Source: Chiloscyllium plagiosum
Taxonomy: Eukaryota
Length of the DNA stretch: 64,000 nt
Direction: 5' to 3'
Assembly: GCF_004010195.1 (NCBI RefSeq)
Contig: NC_057717.1
Coordinates: forward strand, 103,612,631 to 103,676,630
Below the pieces are notes generated by a model. The model did not search any database. It saw only the letters and a list, made by a program, of their open reading frames with translations, and was not told the origin of the DNA. Numbering within the stretch: position 1 is the first letter of the stretch; the number at the start of each line of letters is the position of its first letter. The translations under genes were made by a program, and so were the position numbers. This document shows, piece after piece, positions 1 through 11,169 of the stretch.

Positions 1-84
1 AGATTGGTTCCTGCGATGGCCGGACTGATATAAGAAATGACAAGCTTTCAGAGTGCTGCTCCTTCGTCAGGTGAAGTGTCACTC

Positions 85-119
85 TACCTGATGAAGGAGC
101 GGCGCTCCGAAAGCTAGTG
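85..119 (+). ncRNA. Minimal type-I hammerhead ribozyme motif (family A)
   Basis: TAC-CTGATGA-A-GGAGC GGC GCTCC-GAA-AGCT-A-GTG. Confidence 0.7.
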
Positions 120-305
120 CTTTCAAATAAACCTGTTGGACTATAACCTGGTGTTGTGTGACTTTTGAACTTGTCCACCCAGTCCAACATTGGCACCTCC
201 ACATCGTCAAGTAGGAATGAATTGGAGGTGCCAATATTGGACTGGGATGAACAAAGTTAAAAGTCACACAATACCAGGTTATTGTCCAACAGGTTTATTT
301 GGAAG

Positions 306-340
306 CACTAGCTTTCGGAGCGCTGCTCCTTCATCAGGTT
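306..340 (-). ncRNA. Minimal hammerhead motif (family A)
   Basis: Reverse complement AAC-CTGATGA-A-GGAGC AGC GCTCC-GAA-AGCT-A-GTG. Stem I is only 2 bp. Confidence 0.65.
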
Positions 341-379
341 GAGGTAAACCTGTTGGACTATAACCTGGTGCTGTGTCAT

Positions 380-810
380 GTAAGAAGGGGCGAGATTCGT
401 TAGGACTGTATTCTTTGAAGTTTAGCAGAATAAGGGAGAATTTTATATAAATCTACAAAATGCTAGACAGGTTAAACACAGGAAGGATGTTCCCAATGGT
501 CAATGAGTGCAAAATCAAGGGGTTACAGTGTAACGGATAAGAGGTTTGGCCATTTAGGACTGAGATGAGGAGAAATGTATTCACCCCGAGAGTGGGGAGC
601 CGATGGAATTCTCTGGCACAGAAATTAATTCAGGCCAAAACATTGAATGTTTTCAAGAAGGAGTTAGGTGTAATTCTTAGGGCTAAAGGACATGGGGAGA
701 AAGTGGGGGCAAGAGACTGAGTTGGAAGACCAGCCTTGATCGTATTAAATGGTGGAGAAGTTTCAAAGGGCTGAATGACTTATTCCTGCTCTTCCTTTCT
801 CTGTTTCTAT
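380..810 (+). mobile_element. CR1 LINE 3' fragment
   Basis: Degenerate RT C-terminal region (aggactgagatgaggagaaat) and 3' UTR like the CR1 at 43.3-43.7 kb. Confidence 0.75.
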
Positions 811-889
811 GAACCCCTTACTATTGGCGCTAATTTAATTAAGACTGGCCATTCAGCTGACTGAGTCAACCCTCTAGCTGTAGCTGGAG

Positions 890-1218
890 GGAGGCAATGG
901 TCTAATGGTATTATCACTGGCCCACTATCATAAAGATAATATTCTGGGGACCTGGGCCAAGGTAGGTGGTGAAATTGGAATTCAATAATAAGATTTGATA
1001 AAAATCTGGGATTAAGAGTCTAATGGTGACCATGACTGGATTGTTGGAGAAACCTCCCTAATTCACTAACATCCTTCAGGGAAGGAAACTGCCATCCTTA
1101 TCTGGTTTGGCCTACATGTGATTCCAGACCCACAGCTAACGTGGTTGACTCTTAACTAGGATGGGCAATAAATGCTGACCTCGCCAGCGATGCCTGCATT
1201 CCATGAATAAAAAAAAAC
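890..1218 (+). mobile_element. tRNA-type SINE with core gggaaggaaactgccatccttac..ccagacccacagc and atgaat/polyA tail
   Basis: The same core recurs at about 4710, 12530, 19215, 31560(-), 54365-54650, 56280-56880 and 62880-63360(-). Confidence 0.7.
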
Positions 1219-1335
1219 ACTTGATTGGCATGTTGTAACCCAGAACCAGGGATAGTCACGGTAATTTTTTTCCCCAAAATTCTCTAGTGCATTGTATAGA
1301 CTTTGGTCATGCAATCAAAGAAGGATAGCACTCAC

Positions 1336-1421
1336 CTATCTTGCTTGGAGCGTTTGTCCACAGTCATTAAACGTAGCTCTCCATCTGTTTTGGGTCGGCC
1401 GTAACCAGCTAATGATTGGTT
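1336..1421 (-). CDS. vav1: VAV1-like exon 13 (PH start): NQSLAGYGRPKTDGELRLMTVDKRSKQD(R)
   Basis: 86 nt, catcctag| and |gtgagt, phase 0/2. YGRPK.DGEL is the VAV PH motif. The gene continues left of the window. Confidence 0.94.
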
Positions 1422-1874
1422 CTAGGATGTGACAGAGCGGTTCGTATAAAACGTGAGAATGATACCTCCTTTCAATGTAATTTCCTCAAATGAAGAGATT
1501 GCACTGACTGATTGCTTTATTGTCTTGAGAGAGGTCAATGATCACAATCACAGTAGTGGGCTGTTGTGGTCGATAAGGTTTGATGAACCGAGATGAAGTG
1601 GAAATTGTCTGGTTCTCAGTGAACAGCTGACTAGCTCAGCTGCGTGATTACAGGCTTATACAACAGAATTGAAAATGGTCATTGAATACGCTGTCTGGTT
1701 GACTCAGTACCACAGCATGCATTGGGTTCAGACACCCAACCCCTTTGTGGAGCCAACATCCCAGATTGTTCTGAGAAACGGTACTGAATCATCTGGCAGA
1801 AAATAAGGGCCATTTGGCCCACTGTGATTGTGCAAGCTCTTTGGTAGAGCTGTCCCATGTTAACAATAGAACGT

Positions 1875-2505
1875 CACAGAGTCATAGAGTCATAGAGATG
1901 TACAGCACAGAAACAGACCCTTCCATCCAACTCATCCATGCTGACCAGATATTCTAAGTTAACCTAGTCCCATTTGCCAGCACTTGGCCCATATCCCTCT
2001 CAACCCTTCCTATTCATATACTCATCCAGATGCCTTTTAAATGTTGTAATTGTACCAGCCTCCACCACTTCCTCTGGCAGCTCATTCCATACACGTACCA
2101 CCATCTGTGTGAAGAAGTTGCCTCTTAGATCTATTTTAAATATTTCCCCTCTCACCCTAAACCTGTGCCCTCTAACTTTGGATTTTCCATCCCAGGGACC
2201 TTGTCTATTCACCCTTTCCTTGCACCTCAGGATTTTATAAACCTCTATAAAACCTCTGACACTCCAGGGAAAACAGCCCCAGCCTGTTCAGCCTCTCCCT
2301 ATAGCTCAAACCCTCCAACCCTGGCAACATCCTTGTAAATCTCTTTATCAATCCTTTCAAGATTAAGAATATCTTGCCAATAGCAGGGAGGCCAGAATTG
2401 AATGCAGTATTCCAAAAGTGGCCTCACCAATGTCCTGTACAGCGGCAACATGACCTCCCAACTCCTTTACTCAATGCACTGACCAATAAAGACAAGTGTA
2501 CCAAA
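1875..2505 (-). mobile_element. CR1 LINE 3' fragment
   Basis: ORF 2000..2212 encodes RGHRF..DLRGNFFTQ.VVRVWNELPEEVV, a CR1 ORF2 C-terminus, followed by a (ctatgact)n tail. Confidence 0.85.
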
Positions 2506-2725
2506 CACAGATCGACTTTGAGACATCTGACCATTGCCAGTAATTGTCCTAAATCCAAAGCAACAAACCTCATATGTAACTGCTCTGGCACAAGTCTTCA
2601 GAGGGCCTCTGTTTCAGAAACCTGAGATTGTCAAATTTCTCTCTCACTCTGTACTAAACTTTGTACAACAACCTGATAAAACTTATTAGTCATTTTTTTA
2701 AAGCTTTTACAAACTTCAGACTCAC

Positions 2726-2812
2726 CAGATTTTCTATCGATAACTGGAAGCTTGTGATTTGTTTGAGAGTCTCACTATCACGTTTCACTTCATTTACACA
2801 TTGGGCCAAATC
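2726..2812 (-). CDS. vav1: VAV1-like exon 12: DLAQCVNEVKRDSETLKQITSFQLSIENL
   Basis: 87 nt, cttttag| and |gtgagt, phase 0/0. DLAQCVNEVKRD marks the end of the DH domain. Confidence 0.96.
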
Positions 2813-2909
2813 CTAAAAGTAAGGAAATGAACACAGAGAAATGCAAGTGTGATCCTCAAAGTAAGTCTTCACATATTGGAGAGAAGGCTGAAAGGCAATT
2901 TCCACTCAC

Positions 2910-2978
2910 CCTCATCGAATCCAGAGCTGTTCGGAGGTTCCCCTGTTCTGTTTTGTCGGTGGTGTGTTTCACTAACTC
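2910..2978 (-). CDS. vav1: VAV1-like exon 11: ELVKHTTDKTEQGNLRTALDSMR
   Basis: 69 nt, caacag| and |gtgagt, phase 0/0. Confidence 0.95.
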
Positions 2979-3329
2979 CTGTTGTGACACATCAGAAGGT
3001 TCTTGTTAACACAGTAACGTCAATATGACTGCTCTGATTCACAAACCCCAGCCCAGCTTGGACATAGATTGGGTGCTCCTTCATCAAACCCCCGGAACTG
3101 CTTTCCCTGTCAACACTCAGGAGTGCCTTCACCACATGGACTGCAGCAGCTCAAGGAGGTAGCTCACCTCTGCCATTGCCAGGGTAACTAGCATTGAGTA
3201 ATAAATTCTGGAGATGCCTACTTCCTGATAATTACATCTTTTTTTAAAAAAAACATCATTCTTCCCTCCATGAAAATTGGGGCATCTTGGGATGTTTGAT
3301 GTAGGATAGACAGCGTAGACATGATCATT

Positions 3330-3630
3330 CTCTTGATCCAACCTCTCCTGTCAGGTGGAAGATACAGAAGTTTGAACACACACACCAACAGGTGCAGGAA
3401 CAGCCAATATTAGACTGATGAATGGACCTCTCTAATTTCCAATAATGTTGATTTTGCTTCTGTACATCTCCTGTACAGCATAACCCTGTATGTCTCGTTC
3501 TGACTAAGCACCAGATGATTTGTATGCCCTTGTTTGCCTTGATCTACCTGTAGTGCTCGCAACACAAGACTTTACACAAGACTTACATACCTGTGGCAAC
3601 AGTAACTCAAATCAAATCAACTCAAATCTA
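3330..3630 (+). mobile_element. Rex1/Babar-like LINE 3' end
   Basis: Similar to the 3' part of the element at 37.1-37.4 kb; aaatcaaatcaa tail. Confidence 0.55.
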
Positions 3631-4359
3631 TGAATGCAGAAATGGTGCAAGCTCATTCTACAAGAAACACAATTAGCCTCTTACAATGCCCATGCATACA
3701 GGAACAGGAACAGGAAATCTTCTTTCCTTTACTCCCTTTTGAGGTTGGAGATGCTAAACATGATTACTCCAATCCTCCAAGCACATTGGCTGAGATCCAG
3801 CTAACTGACGCTGTGATCTTCCTAACACGTGTTAACCTTGGCAGAAGAGAAATTAAAATTGTTCATCTCGCCACAATCTTGCTTCTTGCAAGAACAATTT
3901 TACCTCCTTGAGGTCCACCGAAGACTGAAAGACTATAAGGAACAAAATTCGACCATTTACCCCCTTGAGTTTGTTCCCCCATTTAATAAGATGATAGTTG
4001 ATCTGGTTATAACTTCAAATGGACTTTCCTACATGCCCCTTTTCCACTTGAGTCCATCCACCTCTACCTTAAAAATATTCAAAAATGCTTCCACCATCTA
4101 GAGAGTTCCAAAGGCTCAGAAACCTCTAAGAGGAAACAGTTTGTCTAATCCCTGTTTGAAGTGGGTGACCTCTCATTTTGAAATGGTTTCTGTTCTAAAT
4201 TCTCCCAGAAGGGGAAATATTGGCTTTACGTCCACCCCGTTAAGACCACTCAGGCGAAGGTTTGAGATAGACTGCGAGCTAGCCAGTTTGATAAACCTCT
4301 GCGCTACTGGCTGTGATGAGAAGTATTTGCACAATGGCCGGTAACTGAGAATTGACTAC

Positions 4360-4455
4360 CTGAAGCAGAAGGTGATACTTGAGGACTCTTTGCATGGGCA
4401 CCATCAAGAGATCTCGTAGGGTGAACCGTCCATTGTTCGCTCTGTTGGAACATTC
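4360..4455 (-). CDS. vav1: VAV1-like exon 10: [32 protein letters not shown]
   Basis: 96 nt, ctctcag| and |gtagtc, phase 0/0. [12 protein letters not shown] is the VAV1 form; from memory VAV2 and VAV3 have GKF..DLLVVP. Confidence 0.97.
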
Positions 4456-5500
4456 CTGAGAGAAAACAGAGCAAGTGATAATTAACCCAGCAGCCTTAGA
4501 GGGATCTTACACGTTGTTTCTGCCGGTTGAATAATTAGAAGATGGACTTTGCGAAGACTTTACAAAGTGAGTCTTGTCATCATGATGTATTCTTTTATAG
4601 AACAGTCTCATCAATGGGACCCATCCTGTAAGCACACAACCCCCTCCAACCTCTTCTAACAGAGCAGTCTCCCCACAGGAACCCTCTCCCAACTTCACTT
4701 CACCTTTTGGGAAGGAAATCCGCCATCCTTACCTGGTCTGGCCTACATGTGACTCCAGACCCACAGCAATGTGGTTGACCTCCAACCTCCCTCAGGGCAA
4801 CTAGGGATGGGCAATAAACACTGATGTCCACAACCCATGAATGAATTTTGAAAAAACATTATTTCAACTTTATAAAGGGTTAATCTCCAAAGGGACAACA
4901 TTCAGGGAATTTCACACTGCCAGCATTTAAATGCAGTTGGTCTTCTCTAAATGTAATCTATGGTAAGATCCAAGGATCAAAATTTCTGTTGAAGGAGCAG
5001 AAAGCTACAACAAAACATTAGAAGACAAACGAGAGCCAGTACCGATCTAAGTTACAGCCTGACAACTTCCCAACCAGTCCTGGTTGTTGTGAACTTGCTC
5101 ACTGTTGGGTCTCACCAGCTTGTTGTCAGGTGTGACTCAGCATCACAGGGTCACATTGGGTTCAGACACTAAGCCATTTGAGGAGCTGATCTGAAAAAGC
5201 ATATCGCATCAACTAGCTCAGAAAGAGGCCATCAGCCCAACATGGTGCAAGCTCTGTGGTGCAGTTATCCAATTCGTTCCACTCCGTCTATGTCTTTGCC
5301 CATTTTTGTACTATTGTGTGTAAGTCTCATAGTTGCAGAGGTGCCACTGGTTTCCAAGCATGTTCCAGGTTTACTTATGAGAGTTTCTGCAAACGGAAAA
5401 TTTCTGCACTTATGCTAACATCTTAACTTCTGTTCAATGAAGCTCTGAGTCCACACCGAGGATTAACCAATCAAGCACAGTTCATTAGATCTGTAGTGAT

Positions 5501-6027
5501 TGTAACAAAGTCAGCATGGTGGACCTAGAGAGTAGGAGAGTTTCCTGATTGGGGCTGTTATCCTGGTCCAATCAGGGAGCCCTGGCTGACAGATATAAAC
5601 AGTAGGGTAGGTGGGAGGGGCGGGGGCTTGCTGGGTCTGTATTGTCTGCACTCTTTAATGTAACTGGACTGTCTTATGTACAAATGTCATTGTTGATGTC
5701 TCTTTATATTTTAAATGTGAAACTGGGATTTGAAGTTTGTCCCCATCTCCCTGTAAACCGTTTGAACGGTAGGGTTTGGGGCCTAGCTTTGCTGCTCCTC
5801 TCCCTTGTAAAATTGCTGTCTCTTGTGTGCAGCTGTAAACATAACTGTTTGTTGTAAACTGTTTTTGTAATTTGTTTAATAAAATTTAAAAAAATAACCA
5901 GGAGGGTTAGAGGTTCTGTTCACTCTGAGGGCTAGTTCTGAGGGAGCTGGATCAGTGTCAAGGACTCTTCATTTGTAACTGAAGGAAAACTTGGTGATGG
6001 TATACTGGTCTCTGTGGAGTTATTTCA
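5501..6027 (+). mobile_element. Probable solo LTR interrupted by a polyA-tailed insert (about 5603-5897)
   Basis: TGTAAC...TTTCA ends, internal ctgattgg/ccaatcag and gatataaa. The insert ends in aataaa plus an A-rich tail. No clear TSD. Confidence 0.5.
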
Positions 6028-6233
6028 AAATCAACTACCAGACACACTTATCAAACACAGAGCACAATTGAACACCACATTCGCCTTTTTCCAAATTTTA
6101 ATACACTTAATCCTCTCACTCAACTTGCTCTTGTTAAAGTTCTGAAAGTTCTGGAAACTCACAGAGTACCAATCAGCAGCAGAAGAAAGAAATGTTTGTG
6201 GATGTGTTTCAGCCACTGTGGAAAGGGTCTTAC

Positions 6234-6333
6234 CTGTAGCTTCATCTGAACATCTTCCCTTATGCTCGCGATCTTGTCCAGGTGTTTGGTAGCTGCCTCG
6301 ACTTGGCTGCAGTATCGTCCGTACAGTAACAAC
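6234..6333 (-). CDS. vav1: VAV1-like exon 9: LLLYGRYCSQVEAATKHLDKIASIREDVQMKLQ
   Basis: 100 nt, cctcaag| and |gtaaga, phase 2/0. YGRYCSQVE and REDVQMKL are VAV1-type. Confidence 0.95.
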
Positions 6334-6476
6334 CTTGAGGTGACCACAAGAAAAGGAGGCCATTAGTGAGCACAGCAGACGAAAGTCACGGTCAGTCAAT
6401 ACCCATCTCCCACCATAAACCACCACTGTCAGATAGCAGCAGAAACTGAATGAAAGAGGCACACACCACTAAATTA

Positions 6477-6600
6477 TGATGTGGAGATGCCGGTGTTGGA
6501 CTGGGGTGTACAAAGTTAAAAATCACACAACACCAGGTTATAGTCCAACAGGTTTAATTCAACCTGTTGGACTATAACCTGGTGTTGTGTGATTTTTAAC
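6477..6600. mobile_element. Family A PLE-derived foldback insert with 12-bp TSD
   Basis: accactaaatta at 6465-6476 and 6599-6610; perfect 40-bp inverted repeat inside. Confidence 0.8.
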
Positions 6601-7159
6601 CACTAAATTAAGTTGTCTTGTTTCTTCTTAAAATAAACGAGATTAGTTAAAGGGAACTTGCTGTATTGAATGTGGCTCCTGCTTATCATACAATTCAACA
6701 TTAACTGCATGACAAAAGGGATTCACTGGTTGTCAAAGCACTTTCCAACATTCTAAGGTTGTCAATGTCGATCTATAAAATTAAGGCTTTTTTTAAAATC
6801 CTAGACAAGGAGATTAAGGTCTCAAATTGTAGAAGGATGAACTTAAGAACAAATCAGGGTGTCTTTCAAGCAATAGTAAGGACAGATCAGTGTAGGTAAA
6901 AGACCCAGACTCTGTAAGAGGTAGGTCATCTGGTGAGATTGTAGGAACAGCTTAAAGGGATGATTCATGTTGGGCCAAATATCTGTGTTTTGTGTCTACC
7001 TCCGAGGCACCGCATCTTGAAACCAGTTCAAAAAGTACCACAACAGGTCTCGCTGTTCATGGTGCAAAGACGAGGAGTTCTGTCCACACAGAATCAGTTA
7101 CCATACAATGCAGTGACTTCAACCAAACTTCTTCACCTCCAGGTCTCTCTTTAGACTGA

Positions 7160-7350
7160 TTTGAAAAACGTGGCGCTGGAAAAGCACAGCAGGTCAGGCA
7201 GCATCCGAGGAGCAGGAGACTCAATGCAGGTCTGATGCCTGAAACGTCGACTCCCCTGCTCCTCGGATGCTGTCTGACCTGATGTGCTTTTCCATCACCA
7301 CACTTCATCGACTCTGACTCTCCATCATCCCCAGTCCTCACTTTTTCTCT
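7160..7350. mobile_element. Family B PLE-derived inverted-pair insert
   Basis: gctggaaaagcacagcaggtcaggcagcatccgaggagcagg followed by its reverse complement; hammerhead core partly deleted. Confidence 0.75.
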
Positions 7351-7711
7351 CTCTACTTAGAGTGAGTTTGACCCACAGTGATCTCCACCAGGGATTGAGG
7401 AGGGAAACAGGTTCTGGATCCACCAGAGTGGGAAGTGTACCCTCGATGTTAGCTCCATTCCAACTGAAGCCGGAAGTTCAGCAAATACGACTCCGTAAGA
7501 AGTCTGGGATTTTCCCCGGCATGTCTCAGGAAGGAGCTACTGCTGCTGTTGGTGGGGTCTCCAATGTTCCTTCTGTCACACGGCTGACCAGAAATCACTC
7601 TCTCTTACCAAAATCCTATGGCATGGGTTTTGCAGCTTGATACTCAGTATTCTTGGCTATGCCTGAACACACCTCCCTTGGTCATCCCAAACTGAAGTGG
7701 GACTTGAACCA

Positions 7712-7787
7712 AGGTTAGGATTAGGATTCAATTTTGGGTTAGGACTAGATTTAGGTTTAGAGTTAGGGTTAGGGTTAGAGTCAGGGT
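7712..7787 (+). repeat. Short degenerate TTAGGG-like tract
   Basis: ggttaggattagg...gttagggttagggttagagtcaggg. Confidence 0.75.
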
Positions 7788-7964
7788 TTCTGGTTTGGAG
7801 GCAGGGACAGTACTTACTGCATGATTATCAGGAGGGGACTGACTTGTCTGGTTGAGCATTTCGATCACATTTGGGAATGTGATTGAGCCCTAACCCTATC
7901 CCCACAAAGGCCGGTCGCTGGGTCTGGCGAGAGCCCTCACATAGACTAAGAAAACTCAATCGCA

Positions 7965-8228
7965 GTTGAAAGGGTTTTGAGAAAAGATTTACAAGGATCT
8001 TGCCAGGAGTGGAGGATTTGAGCTACAGGGAGAGGCTGAATAGGCTGGGGCTGTTTTCCCTGGAGCGTCGGAGGCTGAGGGGTGACCTTATAGAGGTTTA
8101 TAAAATCATGAGGGGCTTTGATAGGATAAATAGACAAAGTTTCTTCCCTGGGGCGGGGGAGTCCAGAATTAGAGGACAAGAGGGGAAATATTTAAAAGGG
8201 ATCTAAGGGGCAACTTTTTCACACTTTT
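7965..8228 (+). mobile_element. CR1 LINE 3' fragment
   Basis: ORF 8000..8206 encodes LSYRERLNRLGLFSLERRRLRGDLIEVYKIM. Confidence 0.85.
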
Positions 8229-8285
8229 TTCAATGGAAGTGATCACATCGCTTTAATCCAATTGATCATGCAGCCACCCATTCAC

Positions 8286-8389
8286 CTTTTCTTGTAATTG
8301 TTGAAGATTTCATAGAGATTCTGGGCATTGTTCATTTTGATTGAGATTTGGATTTCCTCCAGTAAACTTCTGTGCACATTCAATAGTTC
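8286..8389 (-). CDS. vav1: VAV1-like exon 8: ELLNVHRSLLEEIQISIKMNNAQNLYEIFNNYKK(R)
   Basis: 104 nt, ctcctcag| and |gtgaat, phase 0/2. Carries the NLY..F..YK DH motif. Confidence 0.93.
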
Positions 8390-8592
8390 CTGAGGAGAGA
8401 TGGTTATAAATTAATGGTATTGCTGAGTTCTTATTGTTCATGTCCACAATCAACAGATAAACAAGAGATAGCAGAATATAGAGAGATAACTGCAGCTTTC
8501 CCTCAAAGTTCAGCTGTGTGCTAGGAATCTCAACAATTAATAATACAAACTCAAAGCAGCAATTGCTCCAGAGTTAGAGGTTTGATTCAGAG

Positions 8593-8922
8593 CCCTAATC
8601 CTGAACCTTATCCTAGCTTTAATCCTAACTCTAATCCTGACCCTAACCCTAACCTTAATCCTAATGCTACTCCTGACTTTAATCTTAAAGCTGATCCTGA
8701 TCATAATTCTGACCCGAACCCTAACCTTAACACTGATGCTAATCCTGACCCTAAACCTAACCTTAATCCTAACCCTAATCCTACCCTTAATGCTAACCCC
8801 AACCCTGACCTTAATCCTAATGCTAATCTTGACCTTAATCTGAACCTTAATCCTGATTTTAATGATGACCATCACCCTAACCTTAATCTTAATACTAATC
8901 CTGACCTTAATCCTAACCCTAA
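8593..8922 (+). repeat. Degenerate hexamer array, telomere-like (CCCTAA/CCTTAA/TCCTAA/TCCTGA)
   Basis: About 55 hexamers in register. Explains the low-complexity ORFs 8537..8944 and 8582..9013. Confidence 0.9.
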
Positions 8923-9407
8923 TTTTGCACAGCCCATTCCCCATATCCCTGTACAGGTATACTGCTGGGAATCAGAAATCTATCAGTCTCTGAGTATCAG
9001 TATCAAAGACTGAACTTCCACAGCCCTTAGTGATAGACAAATTCAAAGATTCATAATCCTCTGAATAAAAAAAGCCTCCTCATCTTAGTCCTAAGTGGCA
9101 TCCCATTTATTTTTTATTTGTGCTCCATGGTGTGTGTTTGGGGACGTGCGTTTGTTTACTTTCGGTGACCACTTTGCTTGACCAGTTCAGCTTGATGCGA
9201 TGACCCAGGGAAAAGCCCAAGACACTGGGGCTTGGATCTACAGCAAAGGGGAAGGTGTTCTGTGATTGCTGGGATGTGATAAAGCCTTACAAGTAAATCT
9301 GCAAAGCTCAGAGGCACATGATATACACAACAAACAACACTTGTTGTTTATGAGTCCTGTGCAGTATGGGCATCATCAAACAAAAAATTGTGTACTCATT
9401 TCCTAAC

Positions 9408-10289
9408 TGTTGTGTCACTTGAAGAGGCTATTTTGGCCTGCCTTTTTTTATAAGAGTGGTTGTAAGGCAGAGGTATCGAACCAGTGACCAGACCACTTAG
9501 TAAACAGATTGGGAGGCCTTGGATTTTATGAATGCAGCCTGAAGGGGTAACAAGAAGTCACGCTTTCAAGGTGAGAGGTGAAAGGTTTAAGGGGGATACA
9601 CGCGCCAAGTACTTTACACAGAGGGTGGTAAGTGCCCAGAACGTGTTGCCAGCAGAGGTGGTAGAGGCAGGCACGGTACAGATGCATCTGGACAGATGCA
9701 TGAGTAGGTGGGGAGCGGAGGGATACAGATGCTTAGAAATTGACCGACAGGTTTAGACAGTAGGTTAGGATCGGCTCAGGCCTGGAGGGCTGAAGGGCTG
9801 TTCCTGGGCTGTAAATTTTCTTTGTTCTTTGTTCTAATTAGGTGTGGCCAGCTCTCACAGATCAGCAGCTATTGGGATCTCGACAGAGTCGGTAGCTTCA
9901 GTGAATGTCTCCTGGCTGCTACTCTGTCTCTGAATTTTCTCTTGATGTTTTTCGTCCTCCTGGTGGGAGAACTGCATGTGAGAATCTGTGTCTGAATTTG
10001 TTAAGGGGTGTGTTTTTGTAATGTTACAACGTTGGAACAATTCTTTAGTAATAGTTATTGTATCTATCATTCTGTTAGGCTTTCCAATAGATTAGTTATT
10101 CTAACTTCCTCTTTCTTTGGTTGGATTTTAGCTGCAGTGTTTAAATAAATTGTGTTTTACTTAACATAAAGTAGTTTGACCATCGCATCGGGAACAGACA
10201 CTTTATATTTGTTTTTAAAATAAGAAAATGTTAGAGTTCAGGGTCCCTTGGTAAAATATTTTTGGGGAGGTCTGGTCTGGTCCATAACA
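9408..10289 (+). mobile_element. Solo LTR interrupted by a CR1 3' fragment (9541-9835)
   Basis: TGTTGTG...CATAACA ends; 9840-10289 is clearly homologous to 49040-49539. Confidence 0.6.
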
Positions 10290-10850
10290 TTTTCTTATTA
10301 AATTGTGTACTTACTTAAGCAGAACAGTACAAGGAAAGAGTGTCAGAAAACGTTTTGATTTTAAGCTGCCAATGTTAGTTTCAAGTTTTCTCAAGACCGT
10401 ATAACCTCGTTCACTTTGAGGATTTCCAGTTATTTCACCTCCCCCTGTCCCGGAACCACTACCCTCAATTCCTTTGAAGTGGGTGACTGCTGCATTATGA
10501 AGCAGTGCTGTGGGGTGGTTTGTAATGGACATGACCGGCCAGACTGTTTTTCTGGGGAGCCTTCACAATAACACTGATGGAAGAGATATCCATCTCCTCC
10601 TGGATGAACTGATTTAAAGCTGGACCCTTGAAACAAAATTCCAGGAGCCATGTTTTAACTCATTGTCCCTGCACAGTGAGGGTCAGAGGTCATGGTATGC
10701 CCATGATGCACACCTAGGGGCCAATGACCTGAATGGACAGAGGCACTGACGGAAACTGAATAATCAACTGGTCATCTCAATGTGAAATCGATCAATCAAT
10801 TCAGTTTAAATTAAAGATTGAATCAGCGCCAATGCCAATAAGTGACTCAC

Positions 10851-10919
10851 CTCGATGTTCAGGAATATGTTCTCTAAGTCGTACGTATTGAGAAACCGAT
10901 GTAATGGTCTAAAAAAATG
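10851..10919 (-). CDS. vav1: VAV1-like exon 7: HFFRPLHRFLNTYDLENIFLNIE
   Basis: 69 nt, ttttacag| and |gtgagt, phase 0/0. Confidence 0.94.
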
Positions 10920-11070
10920 CTGTAAAATGGAAATGGAGATTGCTTTAAAAACTCGTGATTAACACTGACCCCCAGAGGAAAAGACAGACCCAGTGTATGA
11001 CTGACTGGACATCCAAAGAAGCTGACCCAGATTGGCCCATGAGGCCTGGACTCTCAGGCTCCGATCCTAC

Positions 11071-11169
11071 CTGATGTATGGACTCTAATGTTTCCGTGTA
11101 CTTCTCCTCCGTCTGTCTGATTTCCTGAAGGCAGCAATTCCGTTTGTCTAAGTCAGTCATTTTCTGAGG
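11071..11169 (-). CDS. vav1: VAV1-like exon 6 (DH start): PQKMTDLDKRNCCLQEIRQTEEKYTETLESIHQ
   Basis: 99 nt, tattccag| and |gtagga, phase 0/0. Overlaps ORF 10945..11160 and matches the VAV DH helix. Confidence 0.95.

Larger units (their letters stand above)
39..375. mobile_element. Penelope-derived pLTR cluster (family A), alternating orientations, inserted in a CR1 3' fragment
   Basis: Copies of ctgatgaaggagc..gctccgaaagctagtg..aaacctgttggactataacctggtg in both orientations. The same sequence flanks the GIY-YIG fragment at 24.3-25.2 kb. Confidence 0.8.

Noticed and set aside
7057..7341. Recurrent short ORFs containing LLLGCCLTCCAFPA or WKSTAGQAAS as a peptide family
   Set aside because: They are translations of the family B PLE terminal repeat in various frames.
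7160..7350. Inverted-repeat inserts as MITE DNA transposons
   Set aside because: The arms are unequal, the TSDs are 12-15 bp and variable in sequence, they carry hammerhead motifs, and family A is physically linked to a GIY-YIG ORF; this fits PLE retrotransposition better.
8537..9013. ORFs with NP/NL and RV/KI repeats resembling circumsporozoite-like proteins
   Set aside because: They are translations of a hexamer telomere-like array in a vav1 intron.
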